From the NCBI GenBank assembly GCA_038230375.1, contig JBBRNJ010000020.1, positions 1 through 64,000 on the forward strand: a stretch of 64,000 bases of DNA, written 5' to 3'. This document shows, one piece after another, positions 10,343 through 20,141 of this stretch (positions within the stretch are counted from its first letter, which is position 1; each line of letters starts with the position of its first letter). The translations under genes and the position numbers were made by a program. This DNA comes from Polyangiales bacterium. Lineage in GTDB: Bacteria > Myxococcota_A > Polyangia > Polyangiales > Polyangiaceae. Under the pieces are notes generated by a model, which had not been told where the DNA came from, did no database searches, and was given only the letters and a program-made list of their open reading frames with translations.

Positions 10343-12231
10343 AGGACGACGAGCTCGCCCGTACCATCCAGGCCAAGTGGCCGACGCTGGCGGCGTGCGC
10401 TGACACGATCTCCGAACATCCGACAGCCACGCTCCGTCCCGCGCAAGCGACCGATTCGGCTGCGCACCGTGCCCTGGTTGATCTTGCAACGGAGGGCTCG
10501 GCCCTTGGCGCATTCGATATCGAGAGCACCATCGGCGAGGGAGGGATGGGCATTGTCAAGCTCGCGCGGCAGCGGTCGCTCGGCCGACGCGTGGTGGTCA
10601 AGACGCTGCGACCCGACGTCACCGCGCCCGACGCCGCGCTGAGCCTTCTTCGCGAGGCGTGGATCACGGGGGCGCTCGAGCACCCCAACATCGTGCCCGT
10701 CCATGAGCTGGTCATCGACGCGCGTGGGCTCCCCGTGATCGTCCTGAAGCGAATCGAGGGCGTGACTTGGTCCACCTTGATCGAAAATCCGGAGCTCGTC
10801 CTTTCGCGCGCCGGCGCGGTCGACCCGCTCGAGTTTCACCTCGGCGTCTTCGGGCAGGTGTGCAACGCCGTCTCGCTTGCTCATGCGCGCGGCATCATTC
10901 ATCGTGATCTGAAGCCGGACAACGTGATGATCGGCGCGTTCGGCGAGGTCTACGTCGTGGACTGGGGCATCGCCGTGAGCCTGCGCGACGCCGGCGATGG
11001 GCGACTTCCGCTCGCGGTCAACGCGACGCAGATCGCGGGAACGCCCGCGTACATGGCACCCGAGATGCTCGGTGGCGCCACACCCAACATCAGCGCGCAG
11101 ACGGACGTCTACCTGCTGGGCGCCGTGCTGTTCGAGGTCCTCACGGCCAAGGCGCCGCACGATGGATCGGACTTCCATGCGATCATCGCCAGCATCCTTG
11201 CGTCGCAACCTGTGTTGCCGGCGTCGGTCCCTGAGGAGCTCGCGCAGATCTGCACTACGGCGATGAGCGCAGCGCCTGCCGACCGCTGGAAGAGCGCCGA
11301 CGACCTGCGACTCGCCGTGCAGGCGTTCCAGAGGCACCGCGGCTCTGGGCTGCTCGCGGCGAGCGCGCACGCGCGCCTTCTCGAGCTGCAGGACCTGATC
11401 GCCCAAGGCGCAACGACCTCACCGGAGTCGCGCGCGCGCCTCTACAATCTGTTCGGCGAATGCCAGTTCGGTTTCAAGCAGTCGCTCACGTCGTGGCCTC
11501 AGAACCGGGTCTCGGAGGCAGGGCTTCGAACCGCGCGCGAGGCGATGGTCCGTATCGAGCTTGCATCCGGTTTTCCCGAACAGGCCGCGATGATGCTGGC
11601 GGAGGTTTCCCACCCGCCCGCGACTCTTGCTCGCGCGGTCGCGGACGCAGTCGAGAACGCACGCCGGGATCGAACCGAGGCCGAACGGCTCCGCCTGGAG
11701 TTCGATCCGGCCATCGGACGTCGTACACGCGCGGTGGCAGGAGGAGCGATCGGCCTGTTTTTCACGGTGATGCCGCTCGGCGCATGGTATCTCGAGGCGC
11801 GATCGGGTGGTCCCACGCTTGCGCGCTCGCTCGGTAACGCAGCGGCGTCCACCATCTTCGCAGCGGTGCTCCTGGCGGTTGGGCGGCGGTCGCTTGCAGA
11901 GGCAACCGTGAACCGACGTATGGCGGTCGGCATGATCTTCATGTTTGCCGCGCAGTTCGTGCTCGAGGTCGGGGGCGCGGATCTGGGCTTTGCGCCTGGC
12001 CCCATGATCGTCACCCACTTCTTTCTCTGGTTCGTGGTGGCGGGCGTCTTCGCGATCACATCGGACCGGCGCCTGGCGCCAACCGCCGCGATGTACCTTC
12101 TGAGCTTCCTCTACCTCTCGCGCAACCCACACCATCGCTTTCCAGTGATGGCGCTCGCGAACTTCGTGCTCTCGCTGAACGTGCTGCTCGCCTGGAAGTC
12201 ACCCGCGCAGAGGCCGCCGGCGCGCAAGTAA
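10339..12231 (+). CDS. Ser/Thr protein kinase with a C-terminal multi-pass membrane domain
   Basis: GEGGMGIV, VVK, HRDLKPDN, DWG, GTPAYMAPE; about 5-6 C-terminal TM helices; GTGA overlap with the tatT stop. Confidence 0.92.
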   Translation: MKDDELARTIQAKWPTLAACADTISEHPTATLRPAQATDSAAHRALVDLATEGSALGAFDIESTIGEGGMGIVKLARQRSLGRRVVVKTLRPDVTAPDAALSLLREAWITGALEHPNIVPVHELVIDARGLPVIVLKRIEGVTWSTLIENPELVLSRAGAVDPLEFHLGVFGQVCNAVSLAHARGIIHRDLKPDNVMIGAFGEVYVVDWGIAVSLRDAGDGRLPLAVNATQIAGTPAYMAPEMLGGATPNISAQTDVYLLGAVLFEVLTAKAPHDGSDFHAIIASILASQPVLPASVPEELAQICTTAMSAAPADRWKSADDLRLAVQAFQRHRGSGLLAASAHARLLELQDLIAQGATTSPESRARLYNLFGECQFGFKQSLTSWPQNRVSEAGLRTAREAMVRIELASGFPEQAAMMLAEVSHPPATLARAVADAVENARRDRTEAERLRLEFDPAIGRRTRAVAGGAIGLFFTVMPLGAWYLEARSGGPTLARSLGNAAASTIFAAVLLAVGRRSLAEATVNRRMAVGMIFMFAAQFVLEVGGADLGFAPGPMIVTHFFLWFVVAGVFAITSDRRLAPTAAMYLLSFLYLSRNPHHRFPVMALANFVLSLNVLLAWKSPAQRPPARK

Positions 12232-12252
12232 TCAGGTACCCGCGCGGCGCGC

Positions 12253-12816
12253 CTACCTGCGAGCGCTCGCTGGGCCGTCCTTCCACATATGCGTCGCGTC
12301 CGACACGCCGGCGAGCTGCTCGCGATCGCAGAGCGTGTGCGCGGCGTCTGCCTTCATCGCCCCGCCCGCGCCTGCAATGTAGAGGATGCGCTTCACGGGC
12401 GCGGCGTCTCCGGTGGACGTGGTGCCCGTGGCGAGCACGCATGTGCCGAGCACCGCGCCCGTGCGTACGCATGGACCAGCGCCGTAGGTGCCGTGCGCGG
12501 CGTCGCACTCGCTCTTGTCGGCCTGCGCCCATTCCAGGCACGTGCGGGTGGACGCAATGTCGCAGTGGTGATCCCAGGGACCTGCGCCGCCGACTGGCAC
12601 CTGCGCGCCGGAGTTGGAGTTCGGCGTGGCCTTCGGCGCATCGGAGGGGGGGAGCGGCAGGGCGACATTCGTCGGATCCGCAGATGTGGACGAAGAGGCC
12701 TTGTCGCCGCTGCTGCTGGAGCTCGTGCCGCATGCGCTGGACGCAATGGCGATCCCGACGGCGACGATGACGGTGAAGACAGTGATGGGGCTTGCGGAGA
12801 AGCGTTGGTGGCTCAT
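12253..12816 (-). CDS. Hypothetical Cys-containing lipoprotein
   Basis: SSAC lipobox, Ser/Pro linker, small Cys-paired domain. Confidence 0.6.
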   Translation of the reverse strand: MSHQRFSASPITVFTVIVAVGIAIASSACGTSSSSSGDKASSSTSADPTNVALPLPPSDAPKATPNSNSGAQVPVGGAGPWDHHCDIASTRTCLEWAQADKSECDAAHGTYGAGPCVRTGAVLGTCVLATGTTSTGDAAPVKRILYIAGAGGAMKADAAHTLCDREQLAGVSDATHMWKDGPASARR

Positions 12817-12857
12817 GGTTCGAATACCTCGGCAGTCACATCTGCTACCATAGGACC

Positions 12858-13346
12858 GTGCGTTTCGCAGCGCGTGTGGAGGGAGAGCACGAGCGGGCGG
12901 GCGGGACCTACTTGGTCCACGTTGCCTTGCCGCTCGCCGTCGGCGGCGCGATCTACCTGCTCGCGAGACCGGATGGGCTTCGCATGTTCGCGTGGGCGCG
13001 TGCGCTGGGTCTTGGCGGGCCTCTCGGCGGCGCACGCGTGGAGCTCGCCGCGATCGCCACTGCGCTCCCTTCGTGGGCGAAGTGGAGCCTCCCCGACGCG
13101 CTCTGGGCGTTCGCGCTGATGCGTGTATTCTGCATTCTCTGGAATGACCGCCTCACGCGCGAGAGCGCGCCGTGGCTCTCGTGCGCCGCCGTGGTCGCAC
13201 TCGGCTCGGAGGCGGGGCAGGCGTTCCATGTCGTGCCGGGCACGTTCGATCCGGTGGACCTCGTGTGCTTGCTGGCGGGCGTGCTCGCGGGGCTCTTCCC
13301 GGTGCTCCTCCGCCTGGTTCGATGGTCGCGAAAGGAGGTCGCTTGA
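12858..13346 (+). CDS. Small membrane protein (SLPDALW ... E..Q ... GTFDPVD motifs); start uncertain
   Basis: Four hydrophobic segments; TGATG overlap with the next gene. Confidence 0.65.
   Translation: MRFAARVEGEHERAGGTYLVHVALPLAVGGAIYLLARPDGLRMFAWARALGLGGPLGGARVELAAIATALPSWAKWSLPDALWAFALMRVFCILWNDRLTRESAPWLSCAAVVALGSEAGQAFHVVPGTFDPVDLVCLLAGVLAGLFPVLLRLVRWSRKEVA
13123..13135. promoter_or_regulatory. TGYA-N3-TRCA palindrome site
   Basis: GTGTATTCTGCAT. Confidence 0.6.
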
Positions 13347-14134
13347 TGCGGGTTCGTACACATGCGCTGTGCGCGCTGGCTCTCGGGGGCATGCTGACGC
13401 TGGCCGCGGGGAGCCAGAAGCCAAAGCCCGGAGATGTGGAGGCGGGCCTGGCCGCTGCCGCTGGCGACAAGAAGATCCTGGACGACTACGTCGACAAGAT
13501 GGGTGCAGTCTACAAGTCGCTGGCTGTGCTCGACATGGCGAAGCTGCACGCCACGCGCTGTGACGAAGCGGCGATGCTGAAGAAGGCGCCGCCCAGGAAG
13601 GACGACTACGGCAAGATGCACCTTCAGCGCATCTTCGGTCCGTACATGGCGCGCTTCGCGTCGAAGAACGCTGCAGACTGGAAGAAGGTGGACTACCAGG
13701 GCACGTGGGACTGGCTCACCGACTCGTCGTACGCGGGCCACTTCGAGTCGTTCCCCGACACGCGCGACGCCTACGCGATCAAGGACACCGCGCGCCGCGT
13801 TACGGAGGAGTTCATCCCGAGCCGCTACGTCGTGGTCATCTGGCCCACGAGCCCCCGGAACACCATGCCGATCTGGCACGCAAAGACCGACTCCTTCGTG
13901 AGCGGTTTCTTCGAGGGCACGGTCCTGGTCGTGGACGTGCTCGAGAACAAGGTGCAGTGCCAGTCGCCGATCGCGGCAGAGAGCGCCGATGCGGTGCACT
14001 ACCGCACGCGCGGGCTCTTGCGCGAAAAGCCCGAGACTGCGCTCAGGGACGATTTTCAGAACCGCATGAAGGACGGGCTCACCGCGGCCCTACCAAGCAC
14101 CGTCGACTTCGGAACGATGGGAACGATCTTCTGA
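13346..14134 (+). CDS. Secreted hypothetical protein
   Basis: Signal peptide MRVRTHALCALALGGMLTLAAGS; RBS AAGGAGG; typical codon usage. Confidence 0.7.
   Translation: MRVRTHALCALALGGMLTLAAGSQKPKPGDVEAGLAAAAGDKKILDDYVDKMGAVYKSLAVLDMAKLHATRCDEAAMLKKAPPRKDDYGKMHLQRIFGPYMARFASKNAADWKKVDYQGTWDWLTDSSYAGHFESFPDTRDAYAIKDTARRVTEEFIPSRYVVVIWPTSPRNTMPIWHAKTDSFVSGFFEGTVLVVDVLENKVQCQSPIAAESADAVHYRTRGLLREKPETALRDDFQNRMKDGLTAALPSTVDFGTMGTIF
13503..13515. promoter_or_regulatory. TGYA-N3-TRCA palindrome site
   Basis: GTGCAGTCTACAA. Confidence 0.5.
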
Positions 14135-14329
14135 AAGACGATTATTGCGCGCCCGTAAGGTTCGGCAAGACTTGGAAAATGGGCCTGTTTTGGGGGGCAT
14201 GCGGAAGAGTTCGGCTGCGATTCTTGTGAATGAGACTGGAGAAATCCCGGTCCAAGGGTACGGTTCCTTCCGTTGGGCGGAGATCCCTCATGGTGGGGTA
14301 CGCTTCCCTCGTCTTCTCTGGAGGTATGC

Positions 14330-15310
14330 ATGCTTCGAAGGTTGCTCGTCGCGTTCGCGATCTTTGCCGCGGTCTTCGCCGCCGCAGGGAAAGCCAGCGC
14401 GGCTGATAAGGTCCTGAACATCGGGACGCTCGCTCCGCCGGACTCCAAGTGGGGTCACTACTTCAAGATGTGGTCGACCGCCGTCGACACCGAGACGCAC
14501 GGCTCCGTGAACCTCAACTGGTACTGGAACGGGTCCCAGGGTGATGAGGGCGGCATGGTGAAGTTGATGCGCGACAAGCGCCTCGACGGCGCCGCCATCA
14601 CCGCCACGGGCCTTGGGCACATCTACCCGCACATCATCGCGCTGCAGCTCATCGAGAGCTGGGAGAAGCTCGATCAGGTGCGCACGCGGATGCAGCCGAA
14701 GATCAACGAGGCGTTCGCCCGTGAGAACTTCATCATCGTGGGTGTCGGCGATGTCGGCATCTCTCACATCATGTCGATCGGCGAGCCCATCAAGGTCCCG
14801 CAGGATCTCGTGAACAAGAAGACGTCGCACATCCTCGGCGATCCCATCAGCAAGGCGAACCTCGAGGTGCTGCACGCTCGTACGCAGCCGGTCGAGGTCC
14901 CGCAGATCTTCCCGCAGCTCTCCAGCAAGCAGATCGAGGTCATCTCGGCCCCGTCGCTCGCCGCCGAGCAGCTGCAGTGGGCAAGCATCCTGAACGCCAT
15001 CAACACCATGCCCACGGGCGTGTCGATCGGCGCGCTGATCTTCCACAACAAGGAAGGCACCACGTACCACCAGCTCCCGCAGGATGCGAAGGAGGCGATC
15101 AAGCGCACCGGTGAGAATACCGGCGGACTGCTCACCACCAAGATCCGCAAGATGGACGCAGAGGCCTTCGAGCGCTTCAAGGCGCGCATGAAGGTCTACA
15201 CCCCGGACGAGGCCGCCCTGGGCGAGTGGCGCAAGCACCGCGAAAACGTGAAGAAGGCGCTTCGTGGCACTGCCATCAACGCCGAGTTCTTCGACGCCGC
15301 GGTGAACTGA
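14330..15310 (+). CDS. dctP: TRAP/TPAT substrate-binding protein (DctP/TatP)
   Basis: Signal peptide; IGTLAPPDSKW, GSQGDEGGMV..MR...LDGAA; RBS GGAGGT. Confidence 0.88.
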   Translation: MLRRLLVAFAIFAAVFAAAGKASAADKVLNIGTLAPPDSKWGHYFKMWSTAVDTETHGSVNLNWYWNGSQGDEGGMVKLMRDKRLDGAAITATGLGHIYPHIIALQLIESWEKLDQVRTRMQPKINEAFARENFIIVGVGDVGISHIMSIGEPIKVPQDLVNKKTSHILGDPISKANLEVLHARTQPVEVPQIFPQLSSKQIEVISAPSLAAEQLQWASILNAINTMPTGVSIGALIFHNKEGTTYHQLPQDAKEAIKRTGENTGGLLTTKIRKMDAEAFERFKARMKVYTPDEAALGEWRKHRENVKKALRGTAINAEFFDAAVN

Positions 15311-15333
15311 CCCTGAGCTGAACGAGGGACCAC

Positions 15334-16797
15334 TTGTCCGAGAAGGACGACCCGAACGAGCGCCTCCGCGATGCCATGCATCCGGAGGCGTTTCGTCGTT
15401 CAGGGCACGCGCTCATCGACCAGCTCGCGGCGCACCTCACGCGCGCGCACGAACGCCAGGTGGTCGTGTCGCCAAGCCCCGCGCCGGAGGAGCTCCACGC
15501 GCGTTACCCGGCGACGTTCCCTGAGGAGCCTGCGACTGAAGAGGAGACGCGTGCATTCTACACGCGTGTGCTCGGTGACAGCACGCAGCTCCACAGCCCG
15601 CGTTTCCTGGGGCATCAGGTGAGCGCGCCGCTGCCAGAGGCGGTGCTGCTGGAGACGCTCTCCGCGTTCCTGAACAACGGCACGGGCGTCTTCGAGATGG
15701 GCCCGGCGTCGAACGCGATGGAGCGCAGCGTGCTCGGGTTCCTCGCGCAGAAGCTCGGACTGCCGAAGGGCAGCGGTGGCCTGCTCACGTCCGGCGGCTC
15801 GCTGGGTAACCTGACCGCGCTCCTGGCCATGCGGCAGGCGCGCGCCGGACACGATGCGTGGACGGAGGGCACGTCGCCCGACCTCTGCGTGCTTGCGAGC
15901 GAGGAGACGCATTACTCCGTCGCGCGCGCGGTCCAGATCCTGGGCTGGGGCAAGAAGGGGGTGTGGTCGGTGCCTTCGGACGCGGCGTATCGGCTGGATG
16001 TGGCGGCGCTCGGGCCAGCGCTCGCGGCGGCACGCGCGCAAGGTCGTCGCGTGCTCGGCGTGGTTGCGTGTGCGGGCTCCACGGCAACGGGAGCGTTCGA
16101 TCCGCTCGCGGGCATCGCGGACTTCTGCGCGCGCGAGGGGCTGTGGCTGCACGTGGATGGTGCGCACGGAGCGTCCGTCGCCATGTCGCGCACGCATCGC
16201 GGGATGCTGGCGGGCATCGAGCGCGCGGACTCCGTCGTGTGGGACGCGCACAAGATGATGATGCTGCCGGCGCTCGTGACCGCCGTGCTCTTCAAGAGCG
16301 AAGCGCACGCGCCCGCGGCGTTCGCCCAGGAGGAGAGCTACCTGTTCGACGGCAAGGGCGCTCCGTGGTGGGACTCCGGGCTGCGCACGGTGGAGTGCAC
16401 GAAGCGCATGATGAGCGCGGAGCTCTATGGCGCATTGCTCTTGAGGGGCACGCGCGTGTTCGAGGACCAGATCGATCGAACGTTCGCGCTGGCGCGATTG
16501 CTCGCCACGCGCATCACGAACAGCCCTGATTTCCAGCTCGCCATCAAGCCGGACTGCAACATCGTGTGCTTCCGTCACGTGCCTTCCGGCGCGGCGCTCT
16601 CCGCCGATCGACTCGATGCGCTGCAGGGCGAGCTCCGCGCGCGCATCCGCGAGCAGGGCGAGCTCTACGTGGTGCAGACGCGGCTGCGCGGGCAGCTCCA
16701 TCTTCGCGTCACGGTGATGAACGGGCTCACCACCGAGACCGATCTGGATGCGCTCCTTTTCGGGCTACGCGACGCCGCCCGTAAGCTCCTGGAATGA
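15334..16797 (+). CDS. Group II PLP-dependent decarboxylase (DABA or aromatic amino acid decarboxylase-like)
   Basis: LHSPRFLGHQV, SGGSLGNL, HYSV, AGSTATGAFD, HVDGAHG, DAHK (PLP lysine). Confidence 0.9.
   Translation: MSEKDDPNERLRDAMHPEAFRRSGHALIDQLAAHLTRAHERQVVVSPSPAPEELHARYPATFPEEPATEEETRAFYTRVLGDSTQLHSPRFLGHQVSAPLPEAVLLETLSAFLNNGTGVFEMGPASNAMERSVLGFLAQKLGLPKGSGGLLTSGGSLGNLTALLAMRQARAGHDAWTEGTSPDLCVLASEETHYSVARAVQILGWGKKGVWSVPSDAAYRLDVAALGPALAAARAQGRRVLGVVACAGSTATGAFDPLAGIADFCAREGLWLHVDGAHGASVAMSRTHRGMLAGIERADSVVWDAHKMMMLPALVTAVLFKSEAHAPAAFAQEESYLFDGKGAPWWDSGLRTVECTKRMMSAELYGALLLRGTRVFEDQIDRTFALARLLATRITNSPDFQLAIKPDCNIVCFRHVPSGAALSADRLDALQGELRARIREQGELYVVQTRLRGQLHLRVTVMNGLTTETDLDALLFGLRDAARKLLE
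15551..15563. promoter_or_regulatory. TGYA-N3-TRCA palindrome site
   Basis: acgcGTGCATTCTACACgcgt; the palindrome extends to 21 bp. Confidence 0.65.
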
Positions 16798-16872
16798 CGG
16801 CGGGCCTTCACGCGCTCTTCCAGCCTTCTTTTGTGGTCCGCGCAGACATGAGCACGGTACGCTGCTCGCCTG

Positions 16873-18342
16873 ATGGCGGACAAGAAGGACGACGACAAGG
16901 CTAACTCCAAGAAGGACGCGACCGCGAAGGTCGAGGCCAAGGTCGAGGCCAAGGCTGAGGCCAAGGTCGAGGAGAAGGTCGAGGCCAAGGTCGAGGAGAA
17001 GGCCAAGGTCGAGGTCGAGGAGAAGGTCGAGGAAACGGGCGACGCACAGGTTCGCGCGAAGTTGGACGACAAGGTCAAAGCCAACACATCCCCGGATGAA
17101 AAGTCGTCGCCATGGCCTAGCAAGCGCAAGAGCGACGTGCCTCCGAAGCCTGAAGAGAAGAAGGCTGCGCCGGCCGCGAATGATGGGGAGTGGCCGAAGG
17201 CGGCGTGGGGCGAGAAGCTCTTCGCGTTCGACAAGAAATGGACGAAGCTCGAGGCGCGGCTGTTGTGGTGGGTGCTTGCTGCGGAGATCTTCGCGCTCGT
17301 GTTCACGGTGTTCATCGGCGGTCTTGCCACGGATCCGGGCGGCGGCGCGCAGAGCGGTATCGTGCTTCGGTCGGTGCTGGGCGCCACGGTGTTCGGGCTC
17401 ATTGCGAACCGTGCGATGCGTGGCAGGCAGTGGCGCGAGACCGTCGTGATCGTCGCGGTGATCGCCGGCGTCCTGCTGGGGCCGAAATGGGCCGGGTGGG
17501 GCGTCTCGTACTTCGGCAACGTCCGTAACTGGTTGCAGAATGCATCTGTCTTGCTCCTGGTGGGCGGCGTGAGCCAGCTCGCGAAGCGGCTGACGCTGTG
17601 GCTTGCGCTCCTTGGTGCCAGCGTGGCCACGGCGCAGGGCAAGCACATCAACGTGGACGTGGTGATGCGCTTCCTCTCGCCCAAGGCTCGCGTTCCGGTC
17701 GCCGTCATCGGCTGGGTCGGCGCAGGTCTTGTCTCGTTCGCGGCCGTGTTTGCGTTCTTCGACGAGCTCGCGATCGCCGACTACAAGGCGCACGACACCA
17801 AGCCGTGCGCGGCGGACCAGCTGAAGACCTGCGAGACGTCCGAGATGGAGCGCATGTCCGAGATGAGCCACATCATCGGCCGCGACCTCTTCTTGCTCGG
17901 GCGGCAGGCGTCGCTCGACGTGCGCGCGTTCCCCAAGATCGTGAGCGGCGTCCGCTACGACGACTGGCTCACCGCCAAGGAGTGGAACGAATGGATGAAG
18001 GGCGGCGACTGGGCGCAGTACTACCCCCAGGCCGACATCGACGGCCTGCAGATGCCGGAGGACGGGGACGCAAGGCGCTCGCCCGCCGTCGTGGTGCCGG
18101 GCGCCGTGGAGAAGCCCGAAGAGCTGCTCATGCGCGAGCTCGATCTGATCGTGCCGTTCGGCCTCCTCATGATCTCGCTGCGCTTCATCCTGCGCGGCCT
18201 GCTCGCGCTCTCTGGATGGATCAAGGTCGATCCGAACGCGGCACACGCTGACGAGCACGACGACGAAGGCGAAGACGACAAGAAGGACAAGAAGGAAAAA
18301 CCCGTCGTTGCCAAGACCAAGGCCGAAGGAGGTGCAACGTGA
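16873..18342 (+). CDS. dctQ: TRAP small permease (DctQ-like), greatly extended
   Basis: LTLWLALLGASVAT..GKHINVDV and IVPFGLLMISLRF motifs; GTGA overlap with dctM. Confidence 0.8.
   Translation: MADKKDDDKANSKKDATAKVEAKVEAKAEAKVEEKVEAKVEEKAKVEVEEKVEETGDAQVRAKLDDKVKANTSPDEKSSPWPSKRKSDVPPKPEEKKAAPAANDGEWPKAAWGEKLFAFDKKWTKLEARLLWWVLAAEIFALVFTVFIGGLATDPGGGAQSGIVLRSVLGATVFGLIANRAMRGRQWRETVVIVAVIAGVLLGPKWAGWGVSYFGNVRNWLQNASVLLLVGGVSQLAKRLTLWLALLGASVATAQGKHINVDVVMRFLSPKARVPVAVIGWVGAGLVSFAAVFAFFDELAIADYKAHDTKPCAADQLKTCETSEMERMSEMSHIIGRDLFLLGRQASLDVRAFPKIVSGVRYDDWLTAKEWNEWMKGGDWAQYYPQADIDGLQMPEDGDARRSPAVVVPGAVEKPEELLMRELDLIVPFGLLMISLRFILRGLLALSGWIKVDPNAAHADEHDDEGEDDKKDKKEKPVVAKTKAEGGAT
16927..17034 (+). 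repeat. 12-bp AAGGTCGAGG(CC/AG) tandem repeat encoding (KVEA/KVEE)n
   Basis: Read directly in the DctQ N-terminus. Confidence 0.85.
17533..17545. promoter_or_regulatory. TGYA-N3-TRCA palindrome site (dctQ)
   Basis: TTGCAGAATGCAT. Confidence 0.6.
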
Positions 18343-20141
18343 GCGACGTTGCTTCTCCCGCCGCGAGCCCGGAGCCCACCGCAAAGGCCAAGCGCGCGGG
18401 CCTCGGCCTCGCGACGCTGCTGGTCATCGTGTCGGGCTGGTTCGGCGGCCCGATCGCCGCCATCGTGGTCCTGTTCGCCATCCTCGGCGCGCCGCTCTTC
18501 GCCATCCTCGGCGGAACGAGCGAGCTCCTGTGGCTGAATCATCCGCGTGAGCAGCTGCGTCACCTGCACGAGATGGCGCCGGAGGTGCTCTCGTCGCACT
18601 TCGCCGGCTCGCCCATCATCACGACCATCCCGCTCTTCACGTTCACCGGCTATCTCATGGCCGAGTCGAAGACGCCCATGCGCCTCGTGCGGACGGCCAC
18701 CGCGTGGGTCGGGTGGATGCCCGGCGGACTCGCCATCGTGTGCGTCGTCGCAAGCGCCGTCTTCACGCTCTTCACGGGCGGCAGCGGCGTCACCATCATC
18801 GCCGTCGGCGGCCTCCTCTATCCCGCGCTCCGCAAGGAAGGCTACAGCGAGAAGTTCTCGCTCGGCCTGGTCACCACAGGCGGCTCCGTTGGTCTGCTCC
18901 TTCCCTATTCGCTTCCGCTGCTGGTGTTCGCGCTCGTCAGCGGGTTGGATTTCAACCTGGCGTTCAAGGCGGTGCTCGCGCCTGGCGCGCTGGTCGTGCT
19001 GATGCTCGCGGCGTACTCGATGTACGTGGGCATCAAGGAGAAGGTGCCGCGGACCCCGTTCAATCCCAAGGAGGCGTTCCTTGCCCTGTGGGACTTCAAG
19101 TGGGAGCTCGGCATCCCGGTCATCCTCGTGGTGGGCCTGAAGACGGGTCTTGCGCAGATCGACGAGTGCGCCGGATTGGTTGCACTCTACACACTTATCG
19201 TGGAGGTCTACGTCTACAAGGACCTCAAGCTGAAGAAGGACATCGTCCGCATCGCGAAGACCAGCATGGCGCTCGCCGGCGCGGTCATCCTGATCCTGGC
19301 CATGGCGAACGCGCTCATCTCCTACGTCATCCAGGAGAGCATTCCGCAGAAGACGCTCGAGTTCATGCTGAGCCTGGGCCTGGACAAGGCCTGGCAGTTC
19401 CTCATCGTGATGAACATCTTCCTGCTCATCCTGGGCATGATCATGGACGGCTTCTCCGCCATCCTCGTGGCCGTTCCGCTGGTGTTGCCGTTCGCGGCGC
19501 ACTTCGGGCTGGGGCCGTTCCACATGGCCATCATGTTCGTGCTGAACCTGGAGCTGGCCTTCTGCTGCCCGCCGCTGGGGCTCAACATCTTCATCAGTAG
19601 CTTCCGGTTCAACAGACCGGTGGTGAGCCTGTACAAGGTGGTGCTGCCGTTCGCAGGCATCCTTGCGTTCTCACTCTTGCTGGTGACGTACATACCGAAG
19701 ATCAGCAACGTGCTCGTGCTCGACGACATCGAGCAGAAGCGCGTCGACGCAGAGAAGCTCGGTCAGGCGCCGCGCGAGGCGTGGCTGCTCGAGTGCGTGC
19801 AGGCTGACCGCGCGAACCCGCGTCCATGCTCCGAAGAGGACAAGAAGAAGTATCCGAACGGAATGGCAGGCCCTCGCCCCGCGAACACCACGCAGGAGAT
19901 CAAGCCCACCACCGCGCCGGATGGGGGCGTGGACGAAGACGACGACATGGCGGCGATCATGGGCAAGAAGCCAGACGCTGCCGCCGGCACGAGAGAAGGC
20001 GGCACCTCCGAAGACGAGGACGAGATGGCTGCCATCATGGGCAAGAAGCCAGACGCTGCCGCCGCGCCGCCGCCACATCCCAAAGAGGACAGCGACGAGG
20101 ACGACATGAAGGCGATCATGGGCAAGAAGGACGGCGGCTGA
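18339..20141 (+). CDS. dctM: TRAP large permease DctM with a C-terminal repeat tail
   Basis: IPLFTFTGYLM, GGLAIV, TGGSGVTIIAVG, PPLGLNIF. Confidence 0.93.
   Translation: MSDVASPAASPEPTAKAKRAGLGLATLLVIVSGWFGGPIAAIVVLFAILGAPLFAILGGTSELLWLNHPREQLRHLHEMAPEVLSSHFAGSPIITTIPLFTFTGYLMAESKTPMRLVRTATAWVGWMPGGLAIVCVVASAVFTLFTGGSGVTIIAVGGLLYPALRKEGYSEKFSLGLVTTGGSVGLLLPYSLPLLVFALVSGLDFNLAFKAVLAPGALVVLMLAAYSMYVGIKEKVPRTPFNPKEAFLALWDFKWELGIPVILVVGLKTGLAQIDECAGLVALYTLIVEVYVYKDLKLKKDIVRIAKTSMALAGAVILILAMANALISYVIQESIPQKTLEFMLSLGLDKAWQFLIVMNIFLLILGMIMDGFSAILVAVPLVLPFAAHFGLGPFHMAIMFVLNLELAFCCPPLGLNIFISSFRFNRPVVSLYKVVLPFAGILAFSLLLVTYIPKISNVLVLDDIEQKRVDAEKLGQAPREAWLLECVQADRANPRPCSEEDKKKYPNGMAGPRPANTTQEIKPTTAPDGGVDEDDDMAAIMGKKPDAAAGTREGGTSEDEDEMAAIMGKKPDAAAAPPPHPKEDSDEDDMKAIMGKKDGG
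19180..19192. promoter_or_regulatory. TGYA-N3-TRCA palindrome site (dctM)
   Basis: attggTTGCACTCTACACactt. Confidence 0.6.
19935..20130 (+). repeat. Three copies of an acidic-M(A/K)AIMGKK peptide repeat
   Basis: ATCATGGGCAAGAAG occurs three times; two copies continue CCAGACGCTGCCGCC. Confidence 0.9.
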
